A stretch of 43,998 bases of DNA from an uncultured Gammaproteobacteria bacterium (GCA_964443335.1 CAYUCK010000002.1:1-43998); one strand, 5' to 3'. Counted from the first letter of the stretch, positions 27,794-39,009 are shown. The notes: generated by a model from the letters alone, not told the origin. Translations and numbers: made by a program.

Positions 27794-27805
27794 AGTTGAT
27801 TATTG

Positions 27806-27877
27806 AGCGGGTGAAGGGAATTGAACCCTCCGTCTTCTCCTTGGGAAGGAGACGTTTTGCCGATAAACTACACCCGC
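27806..27877 (-). tRNA. tRNA-Gly(CCC)
   Basis: Minus strand: acceptor GCGGGTG/CACCCGC, anticodon arm TCTCC-TT CCC AA-GGAGA. No CCA. Confidence 0.92.
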
Positions 27878-27980
27878 ATTTAATGGATCAATGTCTACTC
27901 CTTTTGGGAACGACTTTTTGTCAAAGTAATAAATCTTTCCTTGATTTTTTTTTACTATTTCACTATTTTATTATAAAATA

Positions 27981-28601
27981 TTATCGAGGAATTATCAAAA
28001 CCGTACCAACTTCAATTTGATTAGGATTTTCAAGATTGTTTGCTTGTTGAATTTTTGGCCAGGCATAAAGATCTCCATAGGCTTTTTGAGCAATTAGTGA
28101 TAGTGAATCTCCAGGTTGAACAACATATTTATCTTCGGTGTAAATCACTTGACCAGTTGAAAGTGATGATATTTCTCCAACAGTTGACACTCGAGGTTTA
28201 ACTGAAGGAATCACTAATTTCTGTCCTACATAAATTGGCGTTGATGGATCAAGGTTGTTCACTGATGAGATATCATAAGCATTAAATCCTGAACCATAAA
28301 ATTTTTCGGCAATATTCCAAAGGTTATCACCGTCTTTAACAATATAGGTATTCGATTGATTGTTGATAGTTGATTTTTGATTTTCAAATGAAGATTTTTT
28401 TGGTAAAAATTCTAAGAGGTTAAATTTTGATAAGGATAAAAAAAAGTGGAGATTTATGTTTTTATCTAAAAATTTGTATGTAAAAAAAGAAATAAAAAAA
28501 GAAACTAAAATTCCTAAAATTAGGTCTAAATATTTTTTATAGATCAATTGAATAATTGCTTTTTGATAGTTTTTTGTAGTTTTCTGATAGAATTTTTTCA
28601 T
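27981..28601 (-). CDS. Membrane-anchored protein with two LysM domains
   Basis: LysM motifs YIVKDGDNLWNIAEKFYG...IYVGQKLVIP and YVVQPGDSLSLIAQKAYG...IEVGTVLIIP. Confidence 0.92.
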   Translation of the reverse strand: MKKFYQKTTKNYQKAIIQLIYKKYLDLILGILVSFFISFFTYKFLDKNINLHFFLSLSKFNLLEFLPKKSSFENQKSTINNQSNTYIVKDGDNLWNIAEKFYGSGFNAYDISSVNNLDPSTPIYVGQKLVIPSVKPRVSTVGEISSLSTGQVIYTEDKYVVQPGDSLSLIAQKAYGDLYAWPKIQQANNLENPNQIEVGTVLIIPR

Positions 28602-28788
28602 AAGGGTATTATAACATATAGTTATTATAGGATTAATAGGTCTTATAAGAAAAAAATTTGATTGTTTTTTTTAAAAAAAGATTTTATAATTAATTTGTAT
28701 TAATAATTTATATAGTTTAATTGACAATAGCGTATCTTTTTAAGAATGACAAAATGAGCTTTAATTAAAAGAGTAAGTTTATGATCAA

Positions 28789-28865
28789 GCGGTCGTAGCT
28801 CAATTGGCCAGAGCGCATCCCTGTCACGGATGAGGTTGCGGGTTCGAGACCCGTCGATCGCGCCA
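28789..28865 (+). tRNA. tRNA-Asp(GTC)
   Basis: Acceptor GCGGTCG/CGATCGC, anticodon arm CATCC-CT GTC AC-GGATG, discriminator G, encoded CCA. Confidence 0.95.
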
Positions 28866-28885
28866 TTATTAGTTTTTTAAAAACT

Positions 28886-29431
28886 ATGAACCCTCTTATT
28901 GCAGGGATTTTAATCATTTTGGCTATATATCTTATTAGCCAATACAATGGTTTTGTAATTTTAAAAACAAGAATTGAGGAAGCTTTATCTGGAATTGATG
29001 TCCAGCTTAAAAGACGAGCTGACTTAATTCCTAATCTTGTGGAGACTGTTAAAGGTTATGCCAAGCATGAAAAAGAAGTTTTTGAAAATGTCACTAAAGC
29101 TCGATCAAATTTGATGAGGGCTGGGACTCTTGAGGAAAAAGCAATAGCCAACAATCAGTTGACTGAGGCTTTGAAATCATTATTTGCTGTTGCTGAGGCT
29201 TATCCACAACTTCAAGCTAGTGAAAATTTTAGAGAGTTACAAAGACAACTTGAAGACACTGAAGACAAAGTTGCTTATTCAAGACAGTTTTACAACACTA
29301 ATGTTTTAGATTTCAATACTAAGGTGCAGGTGTTTCCTTCAAATATTATTGCCAACCTTTTTGGTTTTAAACCATATGAGTTCTTTCAAGCAAATGAAGA
29401 GGAAAGAAAAAAAGTTAGTGTTAAGTTTTAA
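28886..29431 (+). CDS. lemA: LemA family protein
   Basis: Motifs [33 protein letters not shown] and FPSNIIA. Confidence 0.96.
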   Translation: MNPLIAGILIILAIYLISQYNGFVILKTRIEEALSGIDVQLKRRADLIPNLVETVKGYAKHEKEVFENVTKARSNLMRAGTLEEKAIANNQLTEALKSLFAVAEAYPQLQASENFRELQRQLEDTEDKVAYSRQFYNTNVLDFNTKVQVFPSNIIANLFGFKPYEFFQANEEERKKVSVKF

Positions 29432-29433
29432 AA

Positions 29434-30321
29434 ATGTCACCGTATAAATTAATTGCGCAAAATAAAAGAAAAACGTGGTTAATAATGCTATTATTTGTCG
29501 GTCTTTTTACTGGTTTTTTTTATTTAGTTGGTAAATTTTTTGATTCTCCAGGTACTTATTTGTTTTTAGGGTTATTGATTTCCATTGCTTCAAGTATTGG
29601 CAGTTATTTTTTTGCTGACAAGATTGTTTTGTTGAGTTTGGGCGCAAAACCAGCTTCAAAAAAAAATTATTTTGATTTTTATACTGTTACTGAAAATTTA
29701 GCAATTGCCGCTGGTCTGCCTATGCCAAAACTTTATGTTATTGATGATCCAGCTCCAAATGCCTTTGCCACTGGTAGGGATCCAAAGCATGCTGTCGTTT
29801 GTGCAACAACTGGATTACTTAAAATGCTTGATCGATCAGATATAGAGGGTGTGGTAGCTCATGAACTTTCCCATATTAAAAACTATGATATTTTACTGGC
29901 AACAATTGTTTCAGTGTTAGTTGGAGCAGTTAGTATCATCTCTGATTTGTTAATGAGGAGCTTCTGGTGGAGAGGCAGCAATTATAATGAAGAAAGAAAA
30001 AACCCTCTTTTGGCAATTTTTTTTATTATTAGTTTAATTCTGGTGCCAATAGTGGCCACATTAATTCAGCTTGCTATTTCAAGAAAAAGAGAGTTTTTAG
30101 CTGATGCCTCAGCTGTTCTTCTAACTCGCAATCCTCAAGGTTTAGCCGATGCATTAGAAAAAATCAGTCATTATCAGTCATCAAGATTTATTCCATCATC
30201 AATGAGTCATCTTTTTATTGTAAATCCACTTAACTCTAAAAATTCGACTAATTGGTTAGCTAATTTATTTTCTACTCATCCGCCAATTGATGAGCGAATT
30301 AAATTATTAAGAGAAATGTGA
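29434..30321 (+). CDS. htpX: Zinc metalloprotease HtpX (M48)
   Basis: Motifs PNAFATGR, AHELSH, SRKREFLADA and FSTHPP; typical lemA-htpX pair. Confidence 0.94.
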   Translation: MSPYKLIAQNKRKTWLIMLLFVGLFTGFFYLVGKFFDSPGTYLFLGLLISIASSIGSYFFADKIVLLSLGAKPASKKNYFDFYTVTENLAIAAGLPMPKLYVIDDPAPNAFATGRDPKHAVVCATTGLLKMLDRSDIEGVVAHELSHIKNYDILLATIVSVLVGAVSIISDLLMRSFWWRGSNYNEERKNPLLAIFFIISLILVPIVATLIQLAISRKREFLADASAVLLTRNPQGLADALEKISHYQSSRFIPSSMSHLFIVNPLNSKNSTNWLANLFSTHPPIDERIKLLREM

Positions 30322-30345
30322 TTTTTATTTTTAAATTAATTTTTT

Positions 30346-32970
30346 ATGTGTGGAATAGGTGGTTTTTATGGTTTTAAAGATAAACAGTTACTAAAGAAAA
30401 TATCCCATCAATTAAAACACCGTGGGCCAGATGGTGAAGGTTTTTTTGTTGATGAAAATCTTTCTTTGCTTAATCGTCGCCTAGCCATTATTGATTTAAA
30501 GTCTGGTAATCAACCAATATTCAACGAAGATAAATCTAAGGTTGTTGTTTATAATGGCGAAATTTATAATTTTCAGGAATTAAAAGAAAAGTTATTAAAA
30601 AGTGGTCATAGTTTTTATACAGAAACTGATACTGAAGTGATTGTTCACGCCTATGAGCAATGGGGGCTGGATTGTTTTGATAAATTTAATGGAATGTTTG
30701 CTATTGCTTTATACGATCGTAAATTAAAAAAATTAATTTTAGCTCGAGATCATTTTGGAATAAAGCCTTTATATTTTGCCGCTTCTGATAATTGGTTAAT
30801 TTTTTCCTCAGAAATAAAACCGATTTTTTATAGTGGATTAATTAAGCAGGAACCAAATGATAAAGTTATATACCGCTATCTTTTATACAGAATTCACGAA
30901 GATCTAAGGGAAACATTCTTTAAAAATATATTTAGAATCATGCCGGGCGAATTGTTAATTGCTGATTTTGCTAAAAAAAAATATCAGAATAAGATAAATA
31001 TTCAATTAAAAAAATTTACCCACCTTCAAGAATTTCTCATAAATCAAAAAGACCAGACAATTATTAACTACAATGACAAGGCTCAAAAAAAGCAATTCCT
31101 ATCTTTTTTGATAAATGCTGTCAAAATGCGCCTAATTTCAGAAGTGCCGGTGGGTAGTTGTTTGTCAGGTGGGATTGATTCCTCAACTGTAGTGGTATTA
31201 ATCAATAAGCTTTTAAAAGATAAGTATAAGGAAACAAAATCTTTAGGAAAGTTTCAAAAGACTTTTTCTGCAGTGTTTCCCAACGAAAGCAATAATGAAG
31301 AAAGTTACATAGATGTTTTAGCTAAAAAAAGTCTCTTAATTAAAAATTATAAAGTAAAACCAACAATATCAGAATTTTTAAAAGACATAAAAGATTTTAT
31401 CTCTACCCAAGAGGAGCCAACAATTTCTAGTGGTCCTTATGCTCAGTATAAAGTAATGCAGTTTGCTAGTCGACATGTTAAAGTAGTTTTAGATGGACAG
31501 GGGGCTGATGAGATGTTAGCTGGCTATACTCCTTATTACTTTGTTTACTGGAGACAACTTTTGCAGGAGAAAAGATTCTTGAAATTATTTTTTGAGATAT
31601 TTTATGGAAGAAAAATTTTATTTAATTATTTAAAAAATTTTTTTTTAGAAATAACAGGAATTAGAAAAAAGGTAAATATTAAAAAATTAATTAATTTACC
31701 TAATCAGAAGGAAAGCATTCAAATAGAGAAATTTCAGCCGGTAAATAACAATTTAAAAAGAAGGTTACTTGATGATGTATTCTTTAATAGTCTGCCGGCA
31801 CTGCTTCGCTATGAAGATAAAAATAGCATGCGTTTTTCCATCGAAGGAAGAGTGCCATTTTTGGATGTGGAATTGATAAAATTAATATTTTCACTTAAGG
31901 AAGATGATATTATTAAAAATGGAAAGAATAAATTTTTCCTTCGTTGGTTAATGAAAGATTTGCTTCCCGATAAAATTTTAAACCGAAATGACAAAATTGG
32001 TTTTACTACTCCAGAAAAGCATTGGTTTTATGAAATGAAAGATGTTTTCTTTAAAATATTTAGCTCAGAGAGCTTTTCAAGCAGAAAATATTTTAACCAA
32101 AAAGAAATTTTGTTAGCTTTCAATGATTTCATAAATGGAAAAAATAATGAATCAATGCTTTTTTGGCGTTTGCTTAATTTAGAGATTTGGCTGCAAATAT
32201 TTTTCGATAAAAATAAGGTTGAGATTGAGAGGGAAAAATGTTCATATCAGCCTAATTTGGGCAAATCGTTGACAATTAAAATAAATAACAAAGAATATTA
32301 TCGTTTTCCGATAAGAACAAAAATTTTCCAAAAAAATGATGATTTTGTTAGATTGATTAAAGATTATCTTTTGCAATTTGTCAGGGGAGATAATTTAAAA
32401 AGAAAAAAATATTTTTTAGTTGTTAGTGAAAAAATTGTTGCCATTACTCAGGGAAGATCATATTTTATTTGGGAAATAAAACCAAGTCTTTTCGCAAAAA
32501 TTTTATCCCAGTTTGTAAAAAAAACACCATATGGTATTGGCTTAGGTAGTCCTTGGACAATGCAACTTGCTATTCAGGAAGCTGGGGTTTTAAGAATAAT
32601 TATGGCTGTAATTGTAGCCGGTATAGCAAAGATTTTTGGCATAACTGGTTTATTTTATAAGGTTGCTGGCGCCGATATTGGCAGCATTGATGGGCCAACT
32701 GAGTATTCAGTTTTTCCTTCTAATGTTTCAGCAAAGTTACCGCCAAAAAATCCACAACAAGTTGCAAAAAAAATAGATCAAGAATTAAAAAAAATTTTAG
32801 ACAGAAATTTTATCGGTACAGTAATAATTGACGCAAATGATTTAGGTCAAAAGGTTTTGGGAAATACTACCACCCTTTCCAATAAATTAATAGAAAATAT
32901 CTTTAAGGATAACCCCATGGGACAAGCAAAAGAAAAAACTCCTTTAATTATAGTTGCTTTTAAAAACTAA
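30346..32970 (+). CDS. asnB: Glutamine-hydrolysing asparagine synthase-family amidotransferase with C-terminal CofE-like (F420:gamma-glutamyl ligase) domain
   Basis: AsnB motifs MCGI, HRGPD, NGEIYN, RDHFGIKPLY, LSGGIDSS, DGQGADE and RVPFLD. After about aa 650 come PIRT, VVSEKIVAITQGR, IDG, IIDANDLG and NPMGQ..EKTPLIIV. Confidence 0.88.
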   Translation: MCGIGGFYGFKDKQLLKKISHQLKHRGPDGEGFFVDENLSLLNRRLAIIDLKSGNQPIFNEDKSKVVVYNGEIYNFQELKEKLLKSGHSFYTETDTEVIVHAYEQWGLDCFDKFNGMFAIALYDRKLKKLILARDHFGIKPLYFAASDNWLIFSSEIKPIFYSGLIKQEPNDKVIYRYLLYRIHEDLRETFFKNIFRIMPGELLIADFAKKKYQNKINIQLKKFTHLQEFLINQKDQTIINYNDKAQKKQFLSFLINAVKMRLISEVPVGSCLSGGIDSSTVVVLINKLLKDKYKETKSLGKFQKTFSAVFPNESNNEESYIDVLAKKSLLIKNYKVKPTISEFLKDIKDFISTQEEPTISSGPYAQYKVMQFASRHVKVVLDGQGADEMLAGYTPYYFVYWRQLLQEKRFLKLFFEIFYGRKILFNYLKNFFLEITGIRKKVNIKKLINLPNQKESIQIEKFQPVNNNLKRRLLDDVFFNSLPALLRYEDKNSMRFSIEGRVPFLDVELIKLIFSLKEDDIIKNGKNKFFLRWLMKDLLPDKILNRNDKIGFTTPEKHWFYEMKDVFFKIFSSESFSSRKYFNQKEILLAFNDFINGKNNESMLFWRLLNLEIWLQIFFDKNKVEIEREKCSYQPNLGKSLTIKINNKEYYRFPIRTKIFQKNDDFVRLIKDYLLQFVRGDNLKRKKYFLVVSEKIVAITQGRSYFIWEIKPSLFAKILSQFVKKTPYGIGLGSPWTMQLAIQEAGVLRIIMAVIVAGIAKIFGITGLFYKVAGADIGSIDGPTEYSVFPSNVSAKLPPKNPQQVAKKIDQELKKILDRNFIGTVIIDANDLGQKVLGNTTTLSNKLIENIFKDNPMGQAKEKTPLIIVAFKN

Positions 32971-34405
32971 TCTTAATACAATTTTTTAACTTTGGCACAA
33001 AAATAATTTGCGCAAAATAAAATTTTTCATTTAGCTAGACTTTCCAACAAAATTTTAAGCAATTATATAACTGAAAATAATTATTTGATGAAAGTTATCA
33101 GGTAGGTTTTACTTATTGATATTTTAAAGCAGTTTAATAAGAAAAATTTATTTGTCAAACATTAAATTTAAAGAATATTTTTTAATGATAGTGAAATTAA
33201 TTTAAGAAAACTAAAATATTTGTCAATATATAAATTCCACCCAAAAAATTGTTTCTAGATTAAAAATCTATAAAATTGGGTAATTCGACCAATCTTATTG
33301 AAAATTAAATGAATTAAGTAGGTTATCTGCTAGCTTGATATTTTCAAAAAAAATTAATAAATTAGTTCGTTAGTTAAGCCGGCAGTCCTTGTAGAAAAAA
33401 AGTGCTTTAACTTATCGATGAGTAGAATATAGATGGCAATGAAAAACAATAAAAATAATCTTCCCAGATGATTTCTTAAATTTGACTTTTTTTTATTAAA
33501 AGCTTTCTCTGTTTTTTCACCCAGCAATGTTTGGAGACTCTTTTAGCTTAAAATATGCTAAATTCAGATAGGATTTTTTCAAAGTGCAAAAATGATATAA
33601 AAACTACTTGAATATGATTCTTTTTTTGATAGTATGGTTTATTTTCAATATTCTAAAAATAAAAAACTAATTATGTTTTCAGTATCGCTTGTAAATTTTT
33701 TAAAGAAAGACCGAAGATTAAAAGATGTTTTAAATGTAGCTTAATCTATTACTGAATTAGTATTAATTAATTTTTTGATATTTGATAAGGATAGTTTACG
33801 AGTTGATATTCGAGGTCTATCTTTTATTTATGGGAAGCGCTTTAGATAAATACTAATTAAGTGTTAAAAAAGATTTAACTGCGAGAAAAATGATTTTTTT
33901 CAAAAAGATAAATTAAGGAAAACCACCTATGTTTTATTTTTAAGTACTTGTTAATTTTTAATCAAATATTTTAGGGTAATAGATGGAATATAAATTTTTT
34001 TATTAATAATACTTGATTTCTTTAATGGCAGTCTGGGTTAAAGACAAAAAGGTTGATTAATAATTTGATTGTTGAATTAATTTTACTTAAAAACAAAAAA
34101 TTAGTTAGTTTTGAAAATCATACTGGAGTGATTTTTTTAAATAAGAAATATCTCACTTCGTGCTTATATTTTAAAAGGTTAGGGTAGTAATGAAACTGAT
34201 AAAACTAAAGGAATGATTTATAAAAGGTATTGGAACTAATATACATGATCCAACTTTGCTAAAAATCTAAAGATTTTTTACTGTTGATAAAAAATCAGTT
34301 GAGATCAGGTATCAAAAAAAGGTAAAATTAAAAAAATTAAATGAAAATAACAAAAATAAAGCTTGGAAAAAATCTTAAAATTTTATCATCTATAATTTAA
34401 TTTTT
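32971..34405. pseudogene. 1.4-kb ORF-free AT-rich gap, probably a decayed gene remnant
   Basis: No ORF of 60 aa or more in an otherwise tightly packed window. A stop-interrupted plus-strand frame runs at about 33600-33850. No family is recognisable. Confidence 0.35.
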
Positions 34406-37400
34406 ATGTCATTTATCCATCTTCATGTTCACACTGGTTATTCACTTTTGGATGGTATGTGCCAAATAGATCAGTTAATAAGCAAAGCAAAAAACTATCA
34501 AATGCCAGCCCTTGCCATCACAGATCATGGAGCTTTATATGGTGCTTTTAGGTTTTATGTTAAGGCACTTGAGGCAGGGATTAAACCAATTATTGGTGTT
34601 GAGGTATACAAAGCCAAAAAATCCCGATTTGACAAAAATGGTCAAGAAGGTCGAGATTATTATCATTTAGTTTTATTGGCAAAAGATTTAACTGGTTATA
34701 AAAATTTATTAAAGTTAGTTAGTCTAGCTCATTTAGAAGGTTTTTATTACAAGCCAAGGGTAGATTTTGAACTGCTTGAAAAATATCATCAAGGATTAAT
34801 TGCTTTATCTGGATGCCTGCAAGGAGAAATTCCCAGTTTAATTTTAGAAGACCAGATAAATCAGGCAGAAAAAATTCTTGAAAAATATTTAGAGATTTTT
34901 AAAGAAGATTTTTATTTAGAAATTCAAAGACACCAGCAAATTGAAAATCTAGAAAAAGTTAATGAGCAATTAATCAAATTTTCTAGAAAGTATGCAGTTC
35001 CTCTTGTTGCCACCAATGATGTTCATTATTTAGAAAAAGAAGACGCCTTTGCTCAAGAGATTTTACTGTGTATTCAAACTCAACAAACAATCAATGATAA
35101 AAAAAGACCAATATCAATGATTGATGTCCCTGACTATTACTTTAAATCACCAGCTGAGATGAAAGGTCTTTTTCTGGATATTCCTGAGGCAATAGAAAAT
35201 ACAGTTAAAATTGCTCAAAAATGCAACTTAGAAATTCCAATGGGTAAATGGATTTTACCAAAGTTTGAAACACCAAACAATCAAAGTCCTGAAGATTATT
35301 TGCGAGAGATTGCTTATCAAAGAAAAGATCGCGTCAAAAACTATCCAGAAAAAACAGTTATTGAAAGAATCGAGTATGAATTAGAGATTATTTTAAAAAA
35401 AGGTTATGCTACTTATTTTTTGATTGTTCAAGATTTTGTAAACTGGGCAAAAAATAATGGAATTGCAGTTGGTCCAGGAAGGGGCTCAGCTGCTGGTAGT
35501 TTGGTTGCTTATATTACTGGTATTACTGACATCAATCCCTTAGATTATAACTTACCTTTTGAGCGATTTTTAAATCCAGAGCGACCAACTCCACCTGATA
35601 TTGATATTGATTTTGCTGATAAAAGACGGGATGAGGTTTTAGCTTATGTCACTAAAAAATATGGTGAAGATAAAGTGGCTCAGATTATCACCTTCGGTAC
35701 TATGGAGGCAAGGTTGGCAGTGCGCGATGTGACAAGAGCTTTGGGTTTTCCTTACAGTCAAGGTGATCGAATTGCCAAAATGATTCCACTGGGTAAGCAA
35801 GGCTTTCCGATGACGATTGCTAAAGCCCTTGAGGAGTCAACTCAACTAAAATTTTCTTATCAGACAGAGCCTGAAGTAAAAAAAATCTTAGATATTGCTC
35901 AAAAACTTGAGGGTTTACCGCGTCATTCATCTGTTCATGCTGCTGGGGTGGTTATTTCAGATAAACCACTGACAGAGTATGTCCCAATTCAAAAAGACAC
36001 CAAAGAAGGAAAAATCATTACTCAATATGATATGTATTGCCTTGATTTAAATGCAGTCTCAAATCAAAAAGCAGTTGGTCTTTTAAAGGTCGATTTCTTA
36101 GGATTGAGAAACTTAACCATTATTGAGGAGGCTTTAAAATATGTTGAAAAAAACTCTGGCAAAAAAATCAATATTCATCAAATTCCTCTTGATGATAAAA
36201 AGACCTATCAATTAATTTCCGAAGGCAATACCATAGGTGTTTTTCAGCTTGAGTCAGGGGGTATGAGAAAATTGGCAAAAGAACTTAAGCCAAGTAAAAT
36301 TTCTGATATTTCAGCAATGGTGGCTTTATACAGGCCTGGACCAATGGATCTTATTCCAATGTTTTTGGAAGGTAAAAAAAATCCAAAAAAAATAAAATAT
36401 CTTCATCCAGACTTAAAGCCTATATTAGAGGAAACTTATGGTGTGCTTGTTTATCAAGAACAGGTGATGGAAATCGCTCATAAATTAGCGGGTTACACAA
36501 TGAGTGAAGCAGATAATTTGCGAATGGCAATGGGAAAAAAGAAAAAGGAATTAATGAAAAAAGAAAAAGAAAAGTTTATAAAGGGATGTCTAAAAAATGG
36601 ATATGAAAAAACTATAGTGGAAAATCTATGGAATTTTATGGAGAAATTTGCTTCATATGGATTTAATAAACCCCATTCTGCCTCATATGCTTTAATTGCA
36701 TATTGGACTGCCTATATTAAAGCTAATTATCCAGTTGAGTTTATGACAGCTCTTCTTTCAGCTGAGTTGCAAGGTGTTGCTGGTCCGCAACGTGAGATTA
36801 AAATGGCGCAAACAATTGAAGAATGTCAACGGATGGAAATAAGAGTACTTTTACCTGATATAAATAAATCAGAATTTGGTTTTACTATTGAAGGCGAGGC
36901 AATTCGCTTTGGGCTTTCAGCAATTAAAAATGTTGGTCAAGCTGCCATTGATTCAATTATTGAAGCTCGTAAAAAAAAGCCATTTGTGAGTTTTCGTGAT
37001 TTTTTGTCAAGAGTTGATTTGCGTAAAGTTAATAAAAAAACTGTTGAGAGTTTGATAAAGGCAGGTGCCTTATCTGCATTTGGTAATAAAGCCACTCTTT
37101 TGGCAAATTATCCTAAATTATTAATTGAAATTCAATCGCAAAAAGAAAAAATTGACAAAGGTCAATTTGATTTGTTTGAAGAAACAGGTCATCAAAATGA
37201 TTTTAAAGATAATTTTAAAGCACTACCTGAGTTACCTGAAGATGAGCTATTTGCAGTAGAGCGGGAAGTGATTGGTTTTTTAATCGGTAAAAATCCCTTA
37301 ACAAAGTATCAAAAAATCATTACTCAAAAAATTAGTAAAAAAATTGGTGATATTAATGAGGATGATAAAAATAAAACTTTAATTTTAGCTGGGATAATAA

Positions 37401-37636
37401 GCAATAAAAAAGTTTTGCGAACAAAAAAAGACAATAGCGAAATGGCTGTCATCCAAGTTTTCGATGAAACTGGCAATATTGAGGCGATTATTTTTCCAAA
37501 AATTTTTAATAAACTAAAAAAAATTTTACTTTTAAATAAAGCAATTTTATTTAAAGGTAAAGTAAGTGATCGAGATGGTAGAATCGGAATAATTGTTGAT
37601 AATGCTGTTGATTTAGAAACAGTTAGGCTAAATTGA
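34406..37636 (+). CDS. dnaE: DNA polymerase III alpha subunit
   Basis: PHP motif HLHVHTGYSLLDG, then GFYYKPR, GPGRGSAAGS, PDIDIDF and GFNKPHSA, with a C-terminal OB fold. Confidence 0.98.
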   Translation: MSFIHLHVHTGYSLLDGMCQIDQLISKAKNYQMPALAITDHGALYGAFRFYVKALEAGIKPIIGVEVYKAKKSRFDKNGQEGRDYYHLVLLAKDLTGYKNLLKLVSLAHLEGFYYKPRVDFELLEKYHQGLIALSGCLQGEIPSLILEDQINQAEKILEKYLEIFKEDFYLEIQRHQQIENLEKVNEQLIKFSRKYAVPLVATNDVHYLEKEDAFAQEILLCIQTQQTINDKKRPISMIDVPDYYFKSPAEMKGLFLDIPEAIENTVKIAQKCNLEIPMGKWILPKFETPNNQSPEDYLREIAYQRKDRVKNYPEKTVIERIEYELEIILKKGYATYFLIVQDFVNWAKNNGIAVGPGRGSAAGSLVAYITGITDINPLDYNLPFERFLNPERPTPPDIDIDFADKRRDEVLAYVTKKYGEDKVAQIITFGTMEARLAVRDVTRALGFPYSQGDRIAKMIPLGKQGFPMTIAKALEESTQLKFSYQTEPEVKKILDIAQKLEGLPRHSSVHAAGVVISDKPLTEYVPIQKDTKEGKIITQYDMYCLDLNAVSNQKAVGLLKVDFLGLRNLTIIEEALKYVEKNSGKKINIHQIPLDDKKTYQLISEGNTIGVFQLESGGMRKLAKELKPSKISDISAMVALYRPGPMDLIPMFLEGKKNPKKIKYLHPDLKPILEETYGVLVYQEQVMEIAHKLAGYTMSEADNLRMAMGKKKKELMKKEKEKFIKGCLKNGYEKTIVENLWNFMEKFASYGFNKPHSASYALIAYWTAYIKANYPVEFMTALLSAELQGVAGPQREIKMAQTIEECQRMEIRVLLPDINKSEFGFTIEGEAIRFGLSAIKNVGQAAIDSIIEARKKKPFVSFRDFLSRVDLRKVNKKTVESLIKAGALSAFGNKATLLANYPKLLIEIQSQKEKIDKGQFDLFEETGHQNDFKDNFKALPELPEDELFAVEREVIGFLIGKNPLTKYQKIITQKISKKIGDINEDDKNKTLILAGIISNKKVLRTKKDNSEMAVIQVFDETGNIEAIIFPKIFNKLKKILLLNKAILFKGKVSDRDGRIGIIVDNAVDLETVRLN

Positions 37637-37640
37637 AATT

Positions 37641-37931
37641 ATGGAAAAAAGATATTTTGTTTTTGATACAAATTTAAGTTTAAAACAAGAAAAGATAGAT
37701 AAAGAAGAAAAAAAATCTTTAAAAAATACTAATTATTTAGCTCTTGCAAAATTTTCCAGTTTTGGTTATTATTTAATAGTTCCAATAATTTTAGGGATTT
37801 TATTTGGTTTTTTATTGGATAATCTTTTGAAAACAAATAGAATTTTTTTTATAATTGGTTTTTTGACCGGGATTTTTGGCACTTTTTATAATTTAAAAAA
37901 AATTTATATAGAAATAAAAAATGACAACTGA
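37641..37931 (+). CDS. AtpZ/AtpI-family ATP synthase accessory membrane protein
   Basis: Two TM segments with PIILGILFGFLLDN; first gene of the atp operon. Confidence 0.75.
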   Translation: MEKRYFVFDTNLSLKQEKIDKEEKKSLKNTNYLALAKFSSFGYYLIVPIILGILFGFLLDNLLKTNRIFFIIGFLTGIFGTFYNLKKIYIEIKNDN

Positions 37932-38745
37932 AGAGATTAATCTTGCAGGTAATGAACTAACCAAGCAAGTAGGAGCGGGTTATTTTGACTTCAAAATTTT
38001 GACTGAAATGCCAAAAATTAGCATAAAAGCTGAACCAATTTTTCATATTGGCAACTTTTATCTTACAAACTCTCTTTTTTTAAGTTTTTTTGTTTTAATT
38101 GGTTTTTTTGTTTTAGGATTAGCTTACTATAAACAAGCGCAATCTAAAAAGAAAGGAAATCTATATTATTTGATTAATTTTGTTCTAAGGAGAATTTATA
38201 ATTTTTTTCAATCAGCATTACATGAGAAAACAAATACTTTTTTTCCATTAATTGCCTCATTCTTCTTTTTTATTATTCTGAACAATTGGGCAGGTCTTTT
38301 TCCAGGAGTGGGAAGCGTTTTGGTCAAAGTGGTTGAGCATGGAAAAGCGGAGTATTTTCCGATTTTTCGCGGCAATAATGCTGACTTAAATACTACTTTA
38401 GCACTTGCTCTTATTGCTGTTATATATATTCAATATACTGGAATTAAATATTTAGGTTTTAAAAACTATATAAAAAAGTTTATTAATCTCACCAATCCCA
38501 TTAATTTTTTTGTTGGAATTTTAGAAACAATTTCTGAAATATCAAAAATTATTTCTTTTTCTTTTCGACTTTTTGGTAATATTTTTGCCGGAGAAGTCCT
38601 TTTGACAGTGATGGCTTTTTTAATTCCAGTTTTGGTATCTTTTCCATTTTTAGTACTTGAGATTTTTGTTGGATTTGTTCAAGCTTTGGTTTTTTCTATG
38701 CTTGTGGCAGTATTTTTAAGTGGAGTAACATCAAAACATCATTAA
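37921..38745 (+). CDS. atpB: ATP synthase Fo subunit a
   Basis: Motifs NWAGLFPG, ADLNTT, SFSFRLFGNIFAGE and VQALVF. The true start may be the ATG at 38008 (MPKISIKAEPIF). Confidence 0.96.
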   Translation: MTTEEINLAGNELTKQVGAGYFDFKILTEMPKISIKAEPIFHIGNFYLTNSLFLSFFVLIGFFVLGLAYYKQAQSKKKGNLYYLINFVLRRIYNFFQSALHEKTNTFFPLIASFFFFIILNNWAGLFPGVGSVLVKVVEHGKAEYFPIFRGNNADLNTTLALALIAVIYIQYTGIKYLGFKNYIKKFINLTNPINFFVGILETISEISKIISFSFRLFGNIFAGEVLLTVMAFLIPVLVSFPFLVLEIFVGFVQALVFSMLVAVFLSGVTSKHH

Positions 38746-38761
38746 AAGTTTTTATAGATTT

Positions 38762-39003
<242 letters not shown>

Positions 39004-39009
39004 AAAAAT

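Noticed and set aside
18485..27877. tRNA-bounded integrative element or prophage
   Set aside because: There is no integrase, no duplicated tRNA 3' end that I could find, and no phage genes. The content is ordinary envelope genes.
27796..28020. 74-aa plus-strand ORF
   Set aside because: It is the antisense shadow of tRNA-Gly and of the LysM gene end.
28765..28947. 60-aa minus-strand ORF
   Set aside because: It is the antisense shadow of tRNA-Asp and the lemA start.
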